The notes: generated by a model from the letters alone, not told the origin. A stretch of DNA of 64,000 nt from Thermoleophilaceae bacterium (GCA_016462645.1 JAEMSX010000001.1:1999-65998), one strand, 5' to 3'. Shown: positions 23,202-32,133, counted from the first letter of the stretch. A program made the numbers and translations.

Positions 23202-24145
23202 CTCAGCTTCTCCGCGTTGATCGCGCGCGAGCGACGCACCAACTCGAACGCTCCGTAGATCGAATAGACGGCGGCGGCGACAATCGCGCTCGCCAGCAGC
23301 ACCAGGCCCGCGGAGGCCGTCTTGTCGAGTCCTTCGTTGGCAAACAGCGCCGCGGATGCAGCGATCGAAGATGGACCCGGTCCGATCGGCAGCGCATTGA
23401 AGACCGTGGTCAGCAAGAACGCCAGCAGCGCATCGGACATCGACGGATCGAGACCGAGCGCCTTGAAGGCGATGTAGTACCGGATCGGCTGGAGCGTGAG
23501 AACCACCGTGAGGAGCGCCGCGAGCTTGTAGCGCTGGCTCGAGTTCTGCAGTACGCGCGCCGTCCGTGCGAACTCACGCTCCTTGTAGCGGATGAAGACC
23601 CAGCGCACGATCAGCAGCAGGACGCCGACCGCGGCCGCAAAGACGAAGATCCACCACCACTCGAGCGATGAGGTGAGCACCGCGGCGACGATCAGACCGA
23701 TCGTGATGACCGCTTCGACGAGCAGCATCAGTCCATCCGCCGTGAACATCTGCCCGATCGTCGGCGACGGCGAGGCGCCCGGCCTGGCGGCGCGCGGTGC
23801 GTCGTAGCGGCGGACGAGTCCGATCCGCACCCAGGCGCCGATGTAGGTCGGCACCACGGTGTCGGCGAGGAATCGCAGCGAGCTCGAACTGTGCAGCAGG
23901 CTGCGCTCGATCGGCGCGCCGGCGGCATCGATGCAGAGCCCCCAGGCCTCGGCACGCAGGAGCAGCGCAATCAGGTGCAGCAACACGAGCGCTGCGGCGG
24001 CCCGGACTGAGATCAACTTCCAGGCTTCACCGATCTCATCGAAGTGGGGCCACAGCAGCGCGATCAGAACCGCGATCGCGATCAGCGGACCGAGAATGCC
24101 GCGAACGACTTGTGAGCGCTCGAGCTTGCGCTCCTCCTCGGTCAT
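23162..24145 (-). CDS. LPG-synthase-TM / UPF0104 flippase-like membrane protein
   Basis: Trimmed to the ATG at 24145 (MTEEERKLERSQVVRGILGPLIAIAVLIALLW..), 327 aa with ~8 TM segments. Family call is by general resemblance only. Its 3' end overlaps the convergent phosphodiesterase gene by 40 nt. Confidence 0.45.
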   Translation of the reverse strand: MTEEERKLERSQVVRGILGPLIAIAVLIALLWPHFDEIGEAWKLISVRAAAALVLLHLIALLLRAEAWGLCIDAAGAPIERSLLHSSSSLRFLADTVVPTYIGAWVRIGLVRRYDAPRAARPGASPSPTIGQMFTADGLMLLVEAVITIGLIVAAVLTSSLEWWWIFVFAAAVGVLLLIVRWVFIRYKEREFARTARVLQNSSQRYKLAALLTVVLTLQPIRYYIAFKALGLDPSMSDALLAFLLTTVFNALPIGPGPSSIAASAALFANEGLDKTASAGLVLLASAIVAAAVYSIYGAFELVRRSRAINAEKLSQLEGASAGSTEG

Positions 24146-24220
24146 TCCGCTCGCGTCTTGAATATCCGCCTGGTGAGGTTCCTCCACGTTGAGTTGACCG
24201 TACCCGGATAGCCTGCGGGA

Positions 24221-25093
24221 ATGAACCTGGGAAAGCGGCGGAGCGACGAGGCTGTGGCCGAGCTTCTGATCGACCAGCTCACGATCGTGCGCGCCAACGT
24301 CGACGGAGCGATCGCCGGTGACGACCCGGAAGCGCTGCATGACCTTCGCGTCGCCGTGCGCCGCTCGCGCACGCTGCTCAAGGGAATGCCCGGGGTGTTC
24401 ACGCCGGCCGACCACGAGCGCTTCACGCGGGAACTCAGAGAGCTGCAACTGATCACCGGGCCGGTTCGCGACTACGACGTGCTGCTCGAGGACCTCGAGT
24501 GCTTCATCGAGGAGCGGCCAGAGCTCGCGAGCGAATCTGAGGCGCTGCGCAAGGAACTCATGCGCCGACGCAGCGCGGCGCGCGCCAAGCTGGCCCGCCG
24601 CCTGAAGTCAAAACGCTTCGCAGACCTGCTTGATGCCTGGCAGGCGACGATCGAGGCGCTTCCCACGACCGATGAGAGCGATCGACCGGATTCACGCACG
24701 CCGATCGGCAAGCTCAGCGCGGCGCGAATCGATGCGGACCGCAAACGGTTCAAGAAGCTCAGCGCCGATGCAGTCGCGTCAGGCGACCCGGCCGCAGTTC
24801 ACCACGCGCGCAAGCGCGGCAAAGCGCTGCGCTACAACCTTGAGTTCTTCGGACATCTCGGCGACAAGAAGAGGTCGAAGCGCCTCGGCAACCGGCTGCG
24901 GAAGACCCAGGACGAACTCGGCGCCTACCAGGACACCGTCGTGCACGAGGCCGCGCTGCGCGAGGCAGCCGAATCTGCCGGTTCGGTTGCCGTGGCGATT
25001 GCAGCCGGAGCGATGATCGAGCGGGCGCTCGATGAACGCGACTACCGACTTGAACAGTTCGAGCGCCGCGTGGCAAGGCGCGACAAGCAGTAG
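24221..25093 (+). CDS. CHAD domain-containing protein
   Basis: 290 aa, helical and Arg-rich. DPEALHDLRVAVRRSRTLLK and a later ..VHHARKRGKALRYNLEFF.. are typical CHAD repeats. There is no fused CYTH domain. Confidence 0.7.
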   Translation: MNLGKRRSDEAVAELLIDQLTIVRANVDGAIAGDDPEALHDLRVAVRRSRTLLKGMPGVFTPADHERFTRELRELQLITGPVRDYDVLLEDLECFIEERPELASESEALRKELMRRRSAARAKLARRLKSKRFADLLDAWQATIEALPTTDESDRPDSRTPIGKLSAARIDADRKRFKKLSADAVASGDPAAVHHARKRGKALRYNLEFFGHLGDKKRSKRLGNRLRKTQDELGAYQDTVVHEAALREAAESAGSVAVAIAAGAMIERALDERDYRLEQFERRVARRDKQ

Positions 25094-25099
25094 ACGCGC

Positions 25100-25729
25100 T
25101 CAGGCCTCCGGCGTGGCATCGATCGATGCCCACAGGTACAGGCAGGCAAGCGTGCGGTAGGGGCGCCAGGGCTCTGCCAGCTCGACCATCTCGGGATGAC
25201 TCGGAAGCTCATCGAGTCCGTACTCGATCATCATCGCCTTGCGAATACCGAGATCGCCGGTGGGCAGCACGTCCTCGCGTGAGAGATGGAAAATCAGGAA
25301 CATGTGCGCAGACCAGACGCCGAGGCCCTTCACCGCCACCAACTCCGCGATCACTTCGTCATCGGGAAGCTCATTGAGTCTGTGCAGCTCCAGTTCACCA
25401 CTGATCACGTGTTCGGCGAGCGACCGCAGGTAATTCGTCTTCGCGCGTGAGAGCCCGCCAGCCGCCTTCAGCTCATCGGGATCGGCGTCGAGGATCTGCT
25501 GCGGCGTCGGCACCTCGCCGCCGAAGAAATCGAGCACGCGTTGGTAGATCTTGGCCGCGGCCTTGACCGACAGCTGCTGCCCGGTGATCGTGCGCAAGAG
25601 CGAGCCGTAGTGATCATCGGGACGCTCGGCGTCGGTGTTGTCGAGGTGCTTCTCGGGCGTGCGCTCGATCAGTGCGGCCAGGACCGGGTCGGCGCGCTTG
25701 AGCCGCGTGACGGGCTTCATCGCGGCCAT
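25100..25729 (-). CDS. DNA-3-methyladenine glycosylase II family (AlkA-like, HhH-GPD)
   Basis: Trimmed to the ATG at 25729 (MAAMKPVTRLKRADPVLAAL..), 209 aa. ..VKGLGVWSAHMFLIFHLSREDVLPTGDLGIRKA... The N-terminal 146 aa of the ORF-track entry overlap the next gene out of frame. Confidence 0.8.
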   Translation of the reverse strand: MAAMKPVTRLKRADPVLAALIERTPEKHLDNTDAERPDDHYGSLLRTITGQQLSVKAAAKIYQRVLDFFGGEVPTPQQILDADPDELKAAGGLSRAKTNYLRSLAEHVISGELELHRLNELPDDEVIAELVAVKGLGVWSAHMFLIFHLSREDVLPTGDLGIRKAMMIEYGLDELPSHPEMVELAEPWRPYRTLACLYLWASIDATPEA

Positions 25730-25733
25730 CGCG

Positions 25734-26315
25734 TCATCCTGCAGAGAGTTCGTCGATCGTGCGCGCGAAGTCGTCGAGCTTTGCGGCGCAGTTCGGGCCG
25801 AGGTCGTCGGCGCGTGCGGTGAAATGGCGAACCAGCTCGCCGTAGTACCAGAGCTGTCCCTCGCGGCCCTCTTTGAAGCGTGGCCAGATCTCGTCGCCGA
25901 TCTGGCGGTAGTCGAGCAACGTCGCGCGCGCGTTGTGCAGCTTGTCGGCCAGCGAAATAAGCAGCTCGTCGCGCTGCTTGCCCGGGAGTGAGTCGAGGTA
26001 CTCCTGTTTGCGGGCGCGCCACGGCGGCTTGGGCTTCTGGTCGGTGTCGGTGTTGGCCAGCACGATCCGCGCCACATCGTCGCCGAACTTCGCGCGCACG
26101 CGGTCGGCCATCGGCGCGCCGCCGCAGTCCTCGACCACGTCGTGGAGCAGCGCCGCGATCGCCTCATCCTCGGTCCCCTCCATCTCGAGCACGATTGACG
26201 TCACCCCGAGAAGATGCGAGATGTACGGAAGTTCAGTGCCTTTGCGCGCCTGATTCTTGTGCGCCTTGCGCGCGAATTTGACGGCCTTGTCGAAGCGTTT
26301 TGTGAGCGTGACCAT
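25734..26315 (-). CDS. HD-domain protein, RelA/SpoT-type (p)ppGpp hydrolase-like (small alarmone hydrolase candidate)
   Basis: 193 aa. ..AHKNQARKGTELPYISHLLGVTSIVLE..AIAALLHDVVEDCG... Its stop lies 4 nt upstream of the AlkA-like start. Confidence 0.65.
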   Translation of the reverse strand: MVTLTKRFDKAVKFARKAHKNQARKGTELPYISHLLGVTSIVLEMEGTEDEAIAALLHDVVEDCGGAPMADRVRAKFGDDVARIVLANTDTDQKPKPPWRARKQEYLDSLPGKQRDELLISLADKLHNARATLLDYRQIGDEIWPRFKEGREGQLWYYGELVRHFTARADDLGPNCAAKLDDFARTIDELSAG

Positions 26316-26361
26316 GAGGCCGGAGACTCTAAGCGCTTCCAGACCGTTTAGCTTCTGTTCT

Positions 26362-26832
26362 ATGAACGATCAAGTACCGATGTCCCAGGCCGCATACGAC
26401 GAACTCGAAGCCGAGATCCAGAAGCTCGAGAACGAGGAGCGCCCAAAAATCGCAGCGAAGATCTCCGTCGCCCGTGAAGACGGCGACCTCAAGGAGAACG
26501 CGGAGTACCACGCCGCCAAGAACGACCAGTCATTTCTCGAGACCCGCATCCTGCAGTTGCGCGAACAGCGCCAGCACGCGGTGATCGTCGAAGCCACCGG
26601 CAATGAGACCGAGATCGGCTTCGGCTCAACCTTCACGCTGCTCGACGACACGAGCGGCAAGGAGATCACCTACACGATCGTCGCCTCGTACGAGCAGGAC
26701 GCGTCGGCCGGCAAGCTCTCAAACAGCTCGCCCGTGGCCGAGGCCGTGATCGGCAAGAGCGCGGGCGACGTGGTCACCGTGAATCTGCCGAACGGGAAGA
26801 GCCGCAAGTTCAAAGTCGTGAAGCTCGGCTAG
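26362..26832 (+). CDS. greA: transcription elongation factor GreA
   Basis: Internal ATG at 26362, 156 aa. ..REDGDLKENAEYHAAKNDQSFLETRI.. and C-terminal ..ISNSSPVAEAVIGKSAGD... Confidence 0.9.
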   Translation: MNDQVPMSQAAYDELEAEIQKLENEERPKIAAKISVAREDGDLKENAEYHAAKNDQSFLETRILQLREQRQHAVIVEATGNETEIGFGSTFTLLDDTSGKEITYTIVASYEQDASAGKLSNSSPVAEAVIGKSAGDVVTVNLPNGKSRKFKVVKLG

Positions 26833-26886
26833 CAATCATTCATTTTGTAACCAAGCGTTTTCAGTCGCCGCATTACGATCTGCGCC

Positions 26887-27501
26887 ATGGCGAGTAGGGA
26901 GCTTGAGAAGCAGATCGCCCGCGCTTTGGCGGACACAGAGCGCTGGCTGCGCAAGCAGCCGACGTGGAAGGGTGGCCACCTCGAGAACAAAAAGGGAAGC
27001 GCGGTCAGCCACCGCGGGCCGGCAGTTCTCAGCACGTCGGACGCGGTCCTCCAGTTTGCTCGGTTTCTGAACAAGCAGGGCGTGGCCTGGCGCGACATCC
27101 ACATCGACGTCACCCCCGCACAGTGGCTCGTGGATCCAACCAACGGACGCAAGCGACCGCAGCGCATCGACCTTGCGATTGTCGACCGCGATCGACTGGC
27201 CGGCCGCACCACTCCGTTCTCGCCCGCGCGCGACAAGGACTTTCTCTTCGACGCGATCTTCGAGTTCAGGCTCGCTAGCAATTCCTGGGACCGACCGCGC
27301 AAGAGCGGCCGCAAGCCGCGCCCACCAGCGCGCGTTGAGGCGGGCATCAAGGCCGAGGTGAAGAAGATGAGTTCCTACCTGCGGGACCTGTGGGCCAACC
27401 GCGGCTACGTGGTTGTGATCGAAGAGAGCGACCACGGTTGGAAGCGCCCGACTGACGCTTCAAACGACGGCCTCAGCGTGCACTACTTGAAGTGCTTCTA
27501 G
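26887..27501 (+). CDS. hypothetical protein (possible PD-(D/E)xK-like fold)
   Basis: 204 aa. High GC3 supports coding. There is no TM or signal. ..QRIDLAIVDRD.. and ..FDAIFEFRL.. could be a D...E-x-(K/R) nuclease-like core, which is a weak visual call. Confidence 0.5.
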   Translation: MASRELEKQIARALADTERWLRKQPTWKGGHLENKKGSAVSHRGPAVLSTSDAVLQFARFLNKQGVAWRDIHIDVTPAQWLVDPTNGRKRPQRIDLAIVDRDRLAGRTTPFSPARDKDFLFDAIFEFRLASNSWDRPRKSGRKPRPPARVEAGIKAEVKKMSSYLRDLWANRGYVVVIEESDHGWKRPTDASNDGLSVHYLKCF

Positions 27502-27524
27502 TGGCGCCTGAATAGCATCGGGCC

Positions 27525-28436
27525 ATGTCCGATTTCGAGAACTTCCCGGCCCTGGACCTGCCGCTGCTCTCCAAGGGGAAGGTGCGCGACACCTACGAAC
27601 TTCCCGGCGGCGATCTGCTGATGGTCGCGAGCGATCGGATCAGTACCTACGACGTGATCCACCCCAACCCGATCCCGGGCAAGGGGCAGGTGCTCACCGG
27701 CACATCTGTCTTCTGGTTCGAAGAGCTCGGCGGGCTGGTGCACAACCACCTGATCAGCACTGTCGAGGACATCCCGCCGCATCTGCGCGGACGCTCTATG
27801 AAGGTGCGCCGGCTGGAGATGCTGCCGATCGAATGCGTCGTCCGTGGGTACCTCGCTGGATCCGGCTGGAACGACTACACCGAGACCGGCGCGGTCTGCG
27901 GCGTTGAGCTTCCGGCGGGCCTGCTCGAATCGTCCGAACTGCCCGAGCCCATCTTCACCCCCGCGACCAAGGCCGCGATCGGCGATCACGATGAGAACAT
28001 TGACGAGGCGGGAGCAATCGCGGCGCTCGGCGGCGACGCCGAGACCTTCGCCGAGCTCAAGCGACTCAGCATCGCGATCTACAAGCACGCGCGCGAGTAC
28101 GCCGCGGGCAAAGGGATCATCCTCGCCGACACCAAGTTCGAGTTCGGAATCGATCCCACCACCGGCACCATCACCCTGGGCGACGAAGTGCTCACGCCCG
28201 ACTCCTCGCGCTACTGGCCGGCTGACGCCTACGAGCCCGGTCACCCACAGGCCTCCTTCGACAAGCAGTTCGTGCGCGACTGGGCGCGGTCGACCGGCTG
28301 GGACAAGTCACCGCCGGCCCCGGTGATCCCCGATTACATCGTTGAGCAGACGCAGGAGCGCTACATCGAGGCCTACGAGCGACTCTCGGGCAAGACGTTC
28401 AGCAGCTGGCTCGACAGCGTCGGCTCCGTCGCCTGA
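27525..28436 (+). CDS. purC: phosphoribosylaminoimidazole-succinocarboxamide (SAICAR) synthase
   Basis: 303 aa. ..[26 protein letters not shown].., ..[10 protein letters not shown]... Confidence 0.95.
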   Translation: MSDFENFPALDLPLLSKGKVRDTYELPGGDLLMVASDRISTYDVIHPNPIPGKGQVLTGTSVFWFEELGGLVHNHLISTVEDIPPHLRGRSMKVRRLEMLPIECVVRGYLAGSGWNDYTETGAVCGVELPAGLLESSELPEPIFTPATKAAIGDHDENIDEAGAIAALGGDAETFAELKRLSIAIYKHAREYAAGKGIILADTKFEFGIDPTTGTITLGDEVLTPDSSRYWPADAYEPGHPQASFDKQFVRDWARSTGWDKSPPAPVIPDYIVEQTQERYIEAYERLSGKTFSSWLDSVGSVA

Positions 28437-28448
28437 CCGGGTCGGGCG

Positions 28449-29306
28449 ATGACGGCCTTCCCGCCGATTCTCGATCAGAACCTGGCCGGACGCCTCGCGA
28501 TGGACGAGCCCGAGTTCGCGGAGCTCGCCCACCGACTCGGGCGACGCCTCGGCGGCCGGCCGATGGAAGACGCAGACTTCGAGCGCGCGCTCGGTTACCC
28601 CTGGGAGCGACCGGTCGAATCGTTCCTGATGCGCGACGGCTCGGTGCAACTGCTCGGTGCAGGCGATGATCTGTCGCAGCTGGAGCTCGGCAGCGAGCCG
28701 CGCTATCCGCTGATCGCCTTCGGATCCAACGGCGCGCCCGGCGTGCTGTCGGCGAAGCTCGCGGTGCTCGACGAGGACTCACGCGACGTGCTGGCACTGA
28801 CCGGCGAGCTGAACGGATACGACATCGTCGCCTCCGCGCACGTTGCGATCTACGGCGCGCTTCCGGCGACGATCATCCCGTCCGCGCAGACCCGCGTGCG
28901 CGCGGGGCTGCTGATGGTCACCGCCGAGCAGTTCACCGCGCTGACGCGGACTGAGTTCAACTACGCAGTGGCGCGGATCGACGGCTCGGCGTTCACTCCC
29001 GATCTCGAATGGTCAGCGCCGGACGCGGTGTTCGCATATGTCTCACGAAACGGAGCATTCACGATCGAGGGCGATCACGTGGGACTCAAAGCAATACCCG
29101 CGAGCAATCGCAGCTGCCACGAGCTTGAGCAGGAGCACGTACTCGATGCCGCCGCCGAATTGATCCTCGGACCCGAGGCTTCAGCGCTCGACGTGGTGCG
29201 CGAGGTGATCGCCGACTATGCGTGGTCGATCGAAGTCGCGCGGCCTGCGCTGGCCGGCGTCACGAATCCGTTCAGTCCTGAGGATTGGCAGCTGCTCGGA
29301 CGGTGA
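28449..29306 (+). CDS. hypothetical protein (possible gamma-glutamylcyclotransferase-like fold)
   Basis: 285 aa, 12 nt after purC. ..YPLIAFGSNGAP.. resembles the (Y/F)GSN motif of GGCT/AIG2-like proteins. No other support. Confidence 0.35.
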   Translation: MTAFPPILDQNLAGRLAMDEPEFAELAHRLGRRLGGRPMEDADFERALGYPWERPVESFLMRDGSVQLLGAGDDLSQLELGSEPRYPLIAFGSNGAPGVLSAKLAVLDEDSRDVLALTGELNGYDIVASAHVAIYGALPATIIPSAQTRVRAGLLMVTAEQFTALTRTEFNYAVARIDGSAFTPDLEWSAPDAVFAYVSRNGAFTIEGDHVGLKAIPASNRSCHELEQEHVLDAAAELILGPEASALDVVREVIADYAWSIEVARPALAGVTNPFSPEDWQLLGR

Positions 29307-29312
29307 GGGCGG

Positions 29313-30014
29313 TCAGCAGTCGCCGCTGATCACGCACTGGGTGACCTTGTCGAAGATGCTCTGGCTCTCGGCCTGCTGGTCCTGCTGAGCCTTTGCCGCA
29401 CCTTCTGCGAGTGCCTTGTCCCGAGCGGCCTCAATAGCCGCAGCGGCTTGCGCCTGCATCTTGTCGAAGGCCCTGCGATAGCTGTTGGCCGCACTCTGTT
29501 TGGCTGCCTGTACCGACTGATCGATGCTCTGGTCAACCTGAGCCTGGCTCGGGCGGGTCGACTGACCGATGAAGAACGCCACGACGATCGCCGCGGCAAA
29601 AAGCAGGACGGTGAAGACAACCTTGCCGGCGCCACCGCTGCTCGCGGACTTCGCGGCCTTGGGCGCGGGCGGCGGAGGCGTGACGCCACGACGGCGAGCC
29701 GATCGCGTGAGCGGCGGCTGGCTGCCGACGCGCGCAGGCGAGACGGACCGCGCGGGCATCACACGCGTTGCTCGAACGCTCTCGCGCGCCGTCTTGTCAA
29801 AGGCAGTTCCGCACGACGGGCACCACTCGCCCGTGACCTCCCAGGCGAGCGAGCACTGCGGGCACACACGCAGCGGCGCGTAGTGGCGCGGGTCGAGCTT
29901 GTGTGTCTCGGCCTCGTCGCCGGTGAAGTTCTTGACCGTCGGCTGGTCGGGCCCGAGGTCGCGGCGTGTCTGGCGAGTCGGGGTAAGCGTGTCTGTGTCG
30001 CGTTCGCGGCTCAT
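29313..30014 (-). CDS. zinc-ribbon membrane-anchored protein
   Basis: Trimmed to the ATG at 30014 (MSRERDTDTL..), 233 aa. CPQCSLAWEVTGEWCPSCG zinc ribbon, basic linker, one TM (VVFTVLLFAAAIVVAFFIG), then a Gln/Ala-rich helical tail ending ..CVISGDC. Confidence 0.5.
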   Translation of the reverse strand: MSRERDTDTLTPTRQTRRDLGPDQPTVKNFTGDEAETHKLDPRHYAPLRVCPQCSLAWEVTGEWCPSCGTAFDKTARESVRATRVMPARSVSPARVGSQPPLTRSARRRGVTPPPPAPKAAKSASSGGAGKVVFTVLLFAAAIVVAFFIGQSTRPSQAQVDQSIDQSVQAAKQSAANSYRRAFDKMQAQAAAAIEAARDKALAEGAAKAQQDQQAESQSIFDKVTQCVISGDC

Positions 30015-30048
30015 CGGTGAATTAGAACACCGATGACGCGAAAAGGTC

Positions 30049-30540
30049 TCACCTGTGCGGGAGGAATTCTCCTGCGGACTTCTGACGCCGGTTGGCTCCG
30101 GGGCCCGGACGCAGACGCGTGTTACCGGCCTTGAGGTCGCCGCCACAGTGGTCGCAGACGACCTTGGCGTGGATTTCGTGGCCGCAATCCTCGTGGTAGA
30201 GCACGCGCGGCGGGCCGTCAGGGGCGGCGTACTTGTCGCCCCAGGAGAGCATCGCCAGAAGGATCGGTTGGGCGTCGATGCCCTTCTTCGTCGGAACGTA
30301 GCGCTCGACGCTCTGGCCGTCGGCGTCCTCTTCGACACGCACAACGATGCCCTGATCCACAAGCACCTGCAGGCGGTCGCTGAGGATGTTCGAGGCGACG
30401 CCGGTGTTGCGCTTGATCTCCGAGAACCGCTGACGCCCGAGAAAGAGCTCGCGCAGGATCAGCATCGTCCAGCGCTCAGTGAAGATCTCGGCGGCGCGAG
30501 CGATCGAACAGTTCTGGTTCTCGAAGGGGCGGAAGGGCAT
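30049..30540 (-). CDS. HxlR-family transcriptional regulator with C-terminal Cys/His extension
   Basis: 163 aa. ..CSIARAAEIFTERWTMLILRELFLGRQRFSEIKRNTGVASNILSDRLQVLVDQGIV... An extra ~50-aa tail carries CGHEIHAKVVCDHCG. Confidence 0.8.
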   Translation of the reverse strand: MPFRPFENQNCSIARAAEIFTERWTMLILRELFLGRQRFSEIKRNTGVASNILSDRLQVLVDQGIVVRVEEDADGQSVERYVPTKKGIDAQPILLAMLSWGDKYAAPDGPPRVLYHEDCGHEIHAKVVCDHCGGDLKAGNTRLRPGPGANRRQKSAGEFLPHR

Positions 30541-30561
30541 GGGAGCACTATACCGGACTTA

Positions 30562-30618
30562 GTTGCATTTTGCAACCACCTGTGTTACGATGGCGCCCGT
30601 TGGTTGCAAAACGCAACC
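30562..30618. promoter_or_regulatory. two related palindromes in the hxlR/MFS divergent promoter region (candidate operators)
   Basis: GTTGCA-TTT-TGCAAC (30562-30576) and GGTTGC-AAAAC-GCAACC (30602-30618). Both are perfect and lie between the HxlR start (30540) and the MFS start (30651). Confidence 0.5.
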
Positions 30619-30650
30619 GCATCCCATCCCCGCTCGCAGGAGTCACCCCC

Positions 30651-32099
30651 ATGCAACACAAGTGGAAAGTCCTCACCATCGTCTCGGTTGCGATCTTCAT
30701 GGGCAGCCTCGATCTGTTCATCGTCAACGTCGCCTTCCCGGACATCGCCGCCGAGTTCGGCGGCGCCTCGCTCAGTGACCTCTCATGGGTTCTGAACGCA
30801 TTCGCGATCGTCTTCGCCGCCCTGCTCGTGCCCAGCGGGCGGATGGCCGATCGCTTCGGGCGCAAGCGCTTCTTCGTCGGCGGGCTCGTGACGTTCATCG
30901 TTGGCTCAACGCTCTGCGGACTTGCCCCATCACTCGAGGCGCTCGTAGCGGCCCGCGTGATCCAGGCCGCCGGAGTCGCGGCGATGGCGCCGACGAGCCT
31001 CGCCCTGCTCCTGCCCCAGTTCGAGCCGGCCGAACGCCCGACGGCGATTGCCGTCTGGTCAGCGGCCGGTGGAATCGCGGCCGCGGTCGGACCGCCGCTC
31101 GGGGGCCTGCTGGTGACGCTCGACTGGCGCCTGATCTTCTTCGTCAACATCCCTGTCGGACTGATCGCGCTCTGGTTCGCAGTACGCACGCTCGACGAGG
31201 CGCGCGACGAATCCGCGACCGAGCTGCCGGACCTCTTCGGCACGGCTCTGCTGATCACCTCCGTCACTGCGCTCTCGCTCGGGCTCGTGCGGTCGAACGA
31301 CTGGGGTTGGACCGGTACGGCCACGCTCGCGAGCTTCGCAGTCTCGGCGATCACTGCCACTTTGTTCGTGCGCAGGTCCAGTAGGCACTCATCACCCGTG
31401 CTCGATCTCGACCTCTTCAAGGTCCGCTCGTACGCGATGGCCAACGTTGCATCGCTCTTTTTCTACGCGGCATTCAGTGCGGGGCTGCTCGTGATGGTGC
31501 TGTTCCTGACGCAGGTCTGGGGCGAGTCCGAGCTGACCGCGGGATTGTGGCTCGCCACCGGCCCCGCCTTCGCGGCAATCGCCAGCGTGCCTTCGGGCAA
31601 GCTCGGCGCGCGCGTAGGGCAGGGATACGTCGCCGCGACGGGATCGTTCCTGTTCGCGCTCGCGACGGGCATCTTCGCGCTCCGCGTGACGACAACCCCA
31701 GAGCCGCTGACCGTGATGACGCCATCTTGGATTCTCGGCGGCATCGGTGTCGGCATGGTGCTTCCGACGATCACAGGTACGGTCGCGGCGGCGCTCCCGC
31801 CCGCACGCTTCGCGACCGGCAGCGCGGTGATGACGACGGCCCGACAGGTCGGTGCCGTGATCGGGATCGCGCTGCTGATCCCGGTGCTCGGCACTCCCGA
31901 CCCCGCCGACCCGATCCCCGCGTTCATGAATGCCTGGTTGCTGATCATCGGACTGATGCTGGTCGCGTCCGTCGCGGGCCTGCTGTTCGGAAAGGTTTCC
32001 CAGAACGCCGAGATCGCACCTTCAGAAGTGTTGGCGCACGAAGTTGCCATCGCGCCGGCAATCGTGGTCGAGCCCGAGCCGGAGCCCGTCCACGCATAA
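30651..32099 (+). CDS. MFS transporter, DHA2 (EmrB/QacA-like, 14-TM) drug:H+ antiporter family
   Basis: Internal ATG at 30651 (MQHKWKVLTIVSVAIFMGSLDLFIVNVAFPDI..). ..LVPSGRMADRFGRKRFF.. motif A. ~482 aa with many TM segments. Confidence 0.85.
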   Translation: MQHKWKVLTIVSVAIFMGSLDLFIVNVAFPDIAAEFGGASLSDLSWVLNAFAIVFAALLVPSGRMADRFGRKRFFVGGLVTFIVGSTLCGLAPSLEALVAARVIQAAGVAAMAPTSLALLLPQFEPAERPTAIAVWSAAGGIAAAVGPPLGGLLVTLDWRLIFFVNIPVGLIALWFAVRTLDEARDESATELPDLFGTALLITSVTALSLGLVRSNDWGWTGTATLASFAVSAITATLFVRRSSRHSSPVLDLDLFKVRSYAMANVASLFFYAAFSAGLLVMVLFLTQVWGESELTAGLWLATGPAFAAIASVPSGKLGARVGQGYVAATGSFLFALATGIFALRVTTTPEPLTVMTPSWILGGIGVGMVLPTITGTVAAALPPARFATGSAVMTTARQVGAVIGIALLIPVLGTPDPADPIPAFMNAWLLIIGLMLVASVAGLLFGKVSQNAEIAPSEVLAHEVAIAPAIVVEPEPEPVHA

Positions 32100-32133
32100 T
32101 CGCTCCCCAGCGATCCAGACAAGCAAGGCGCTC

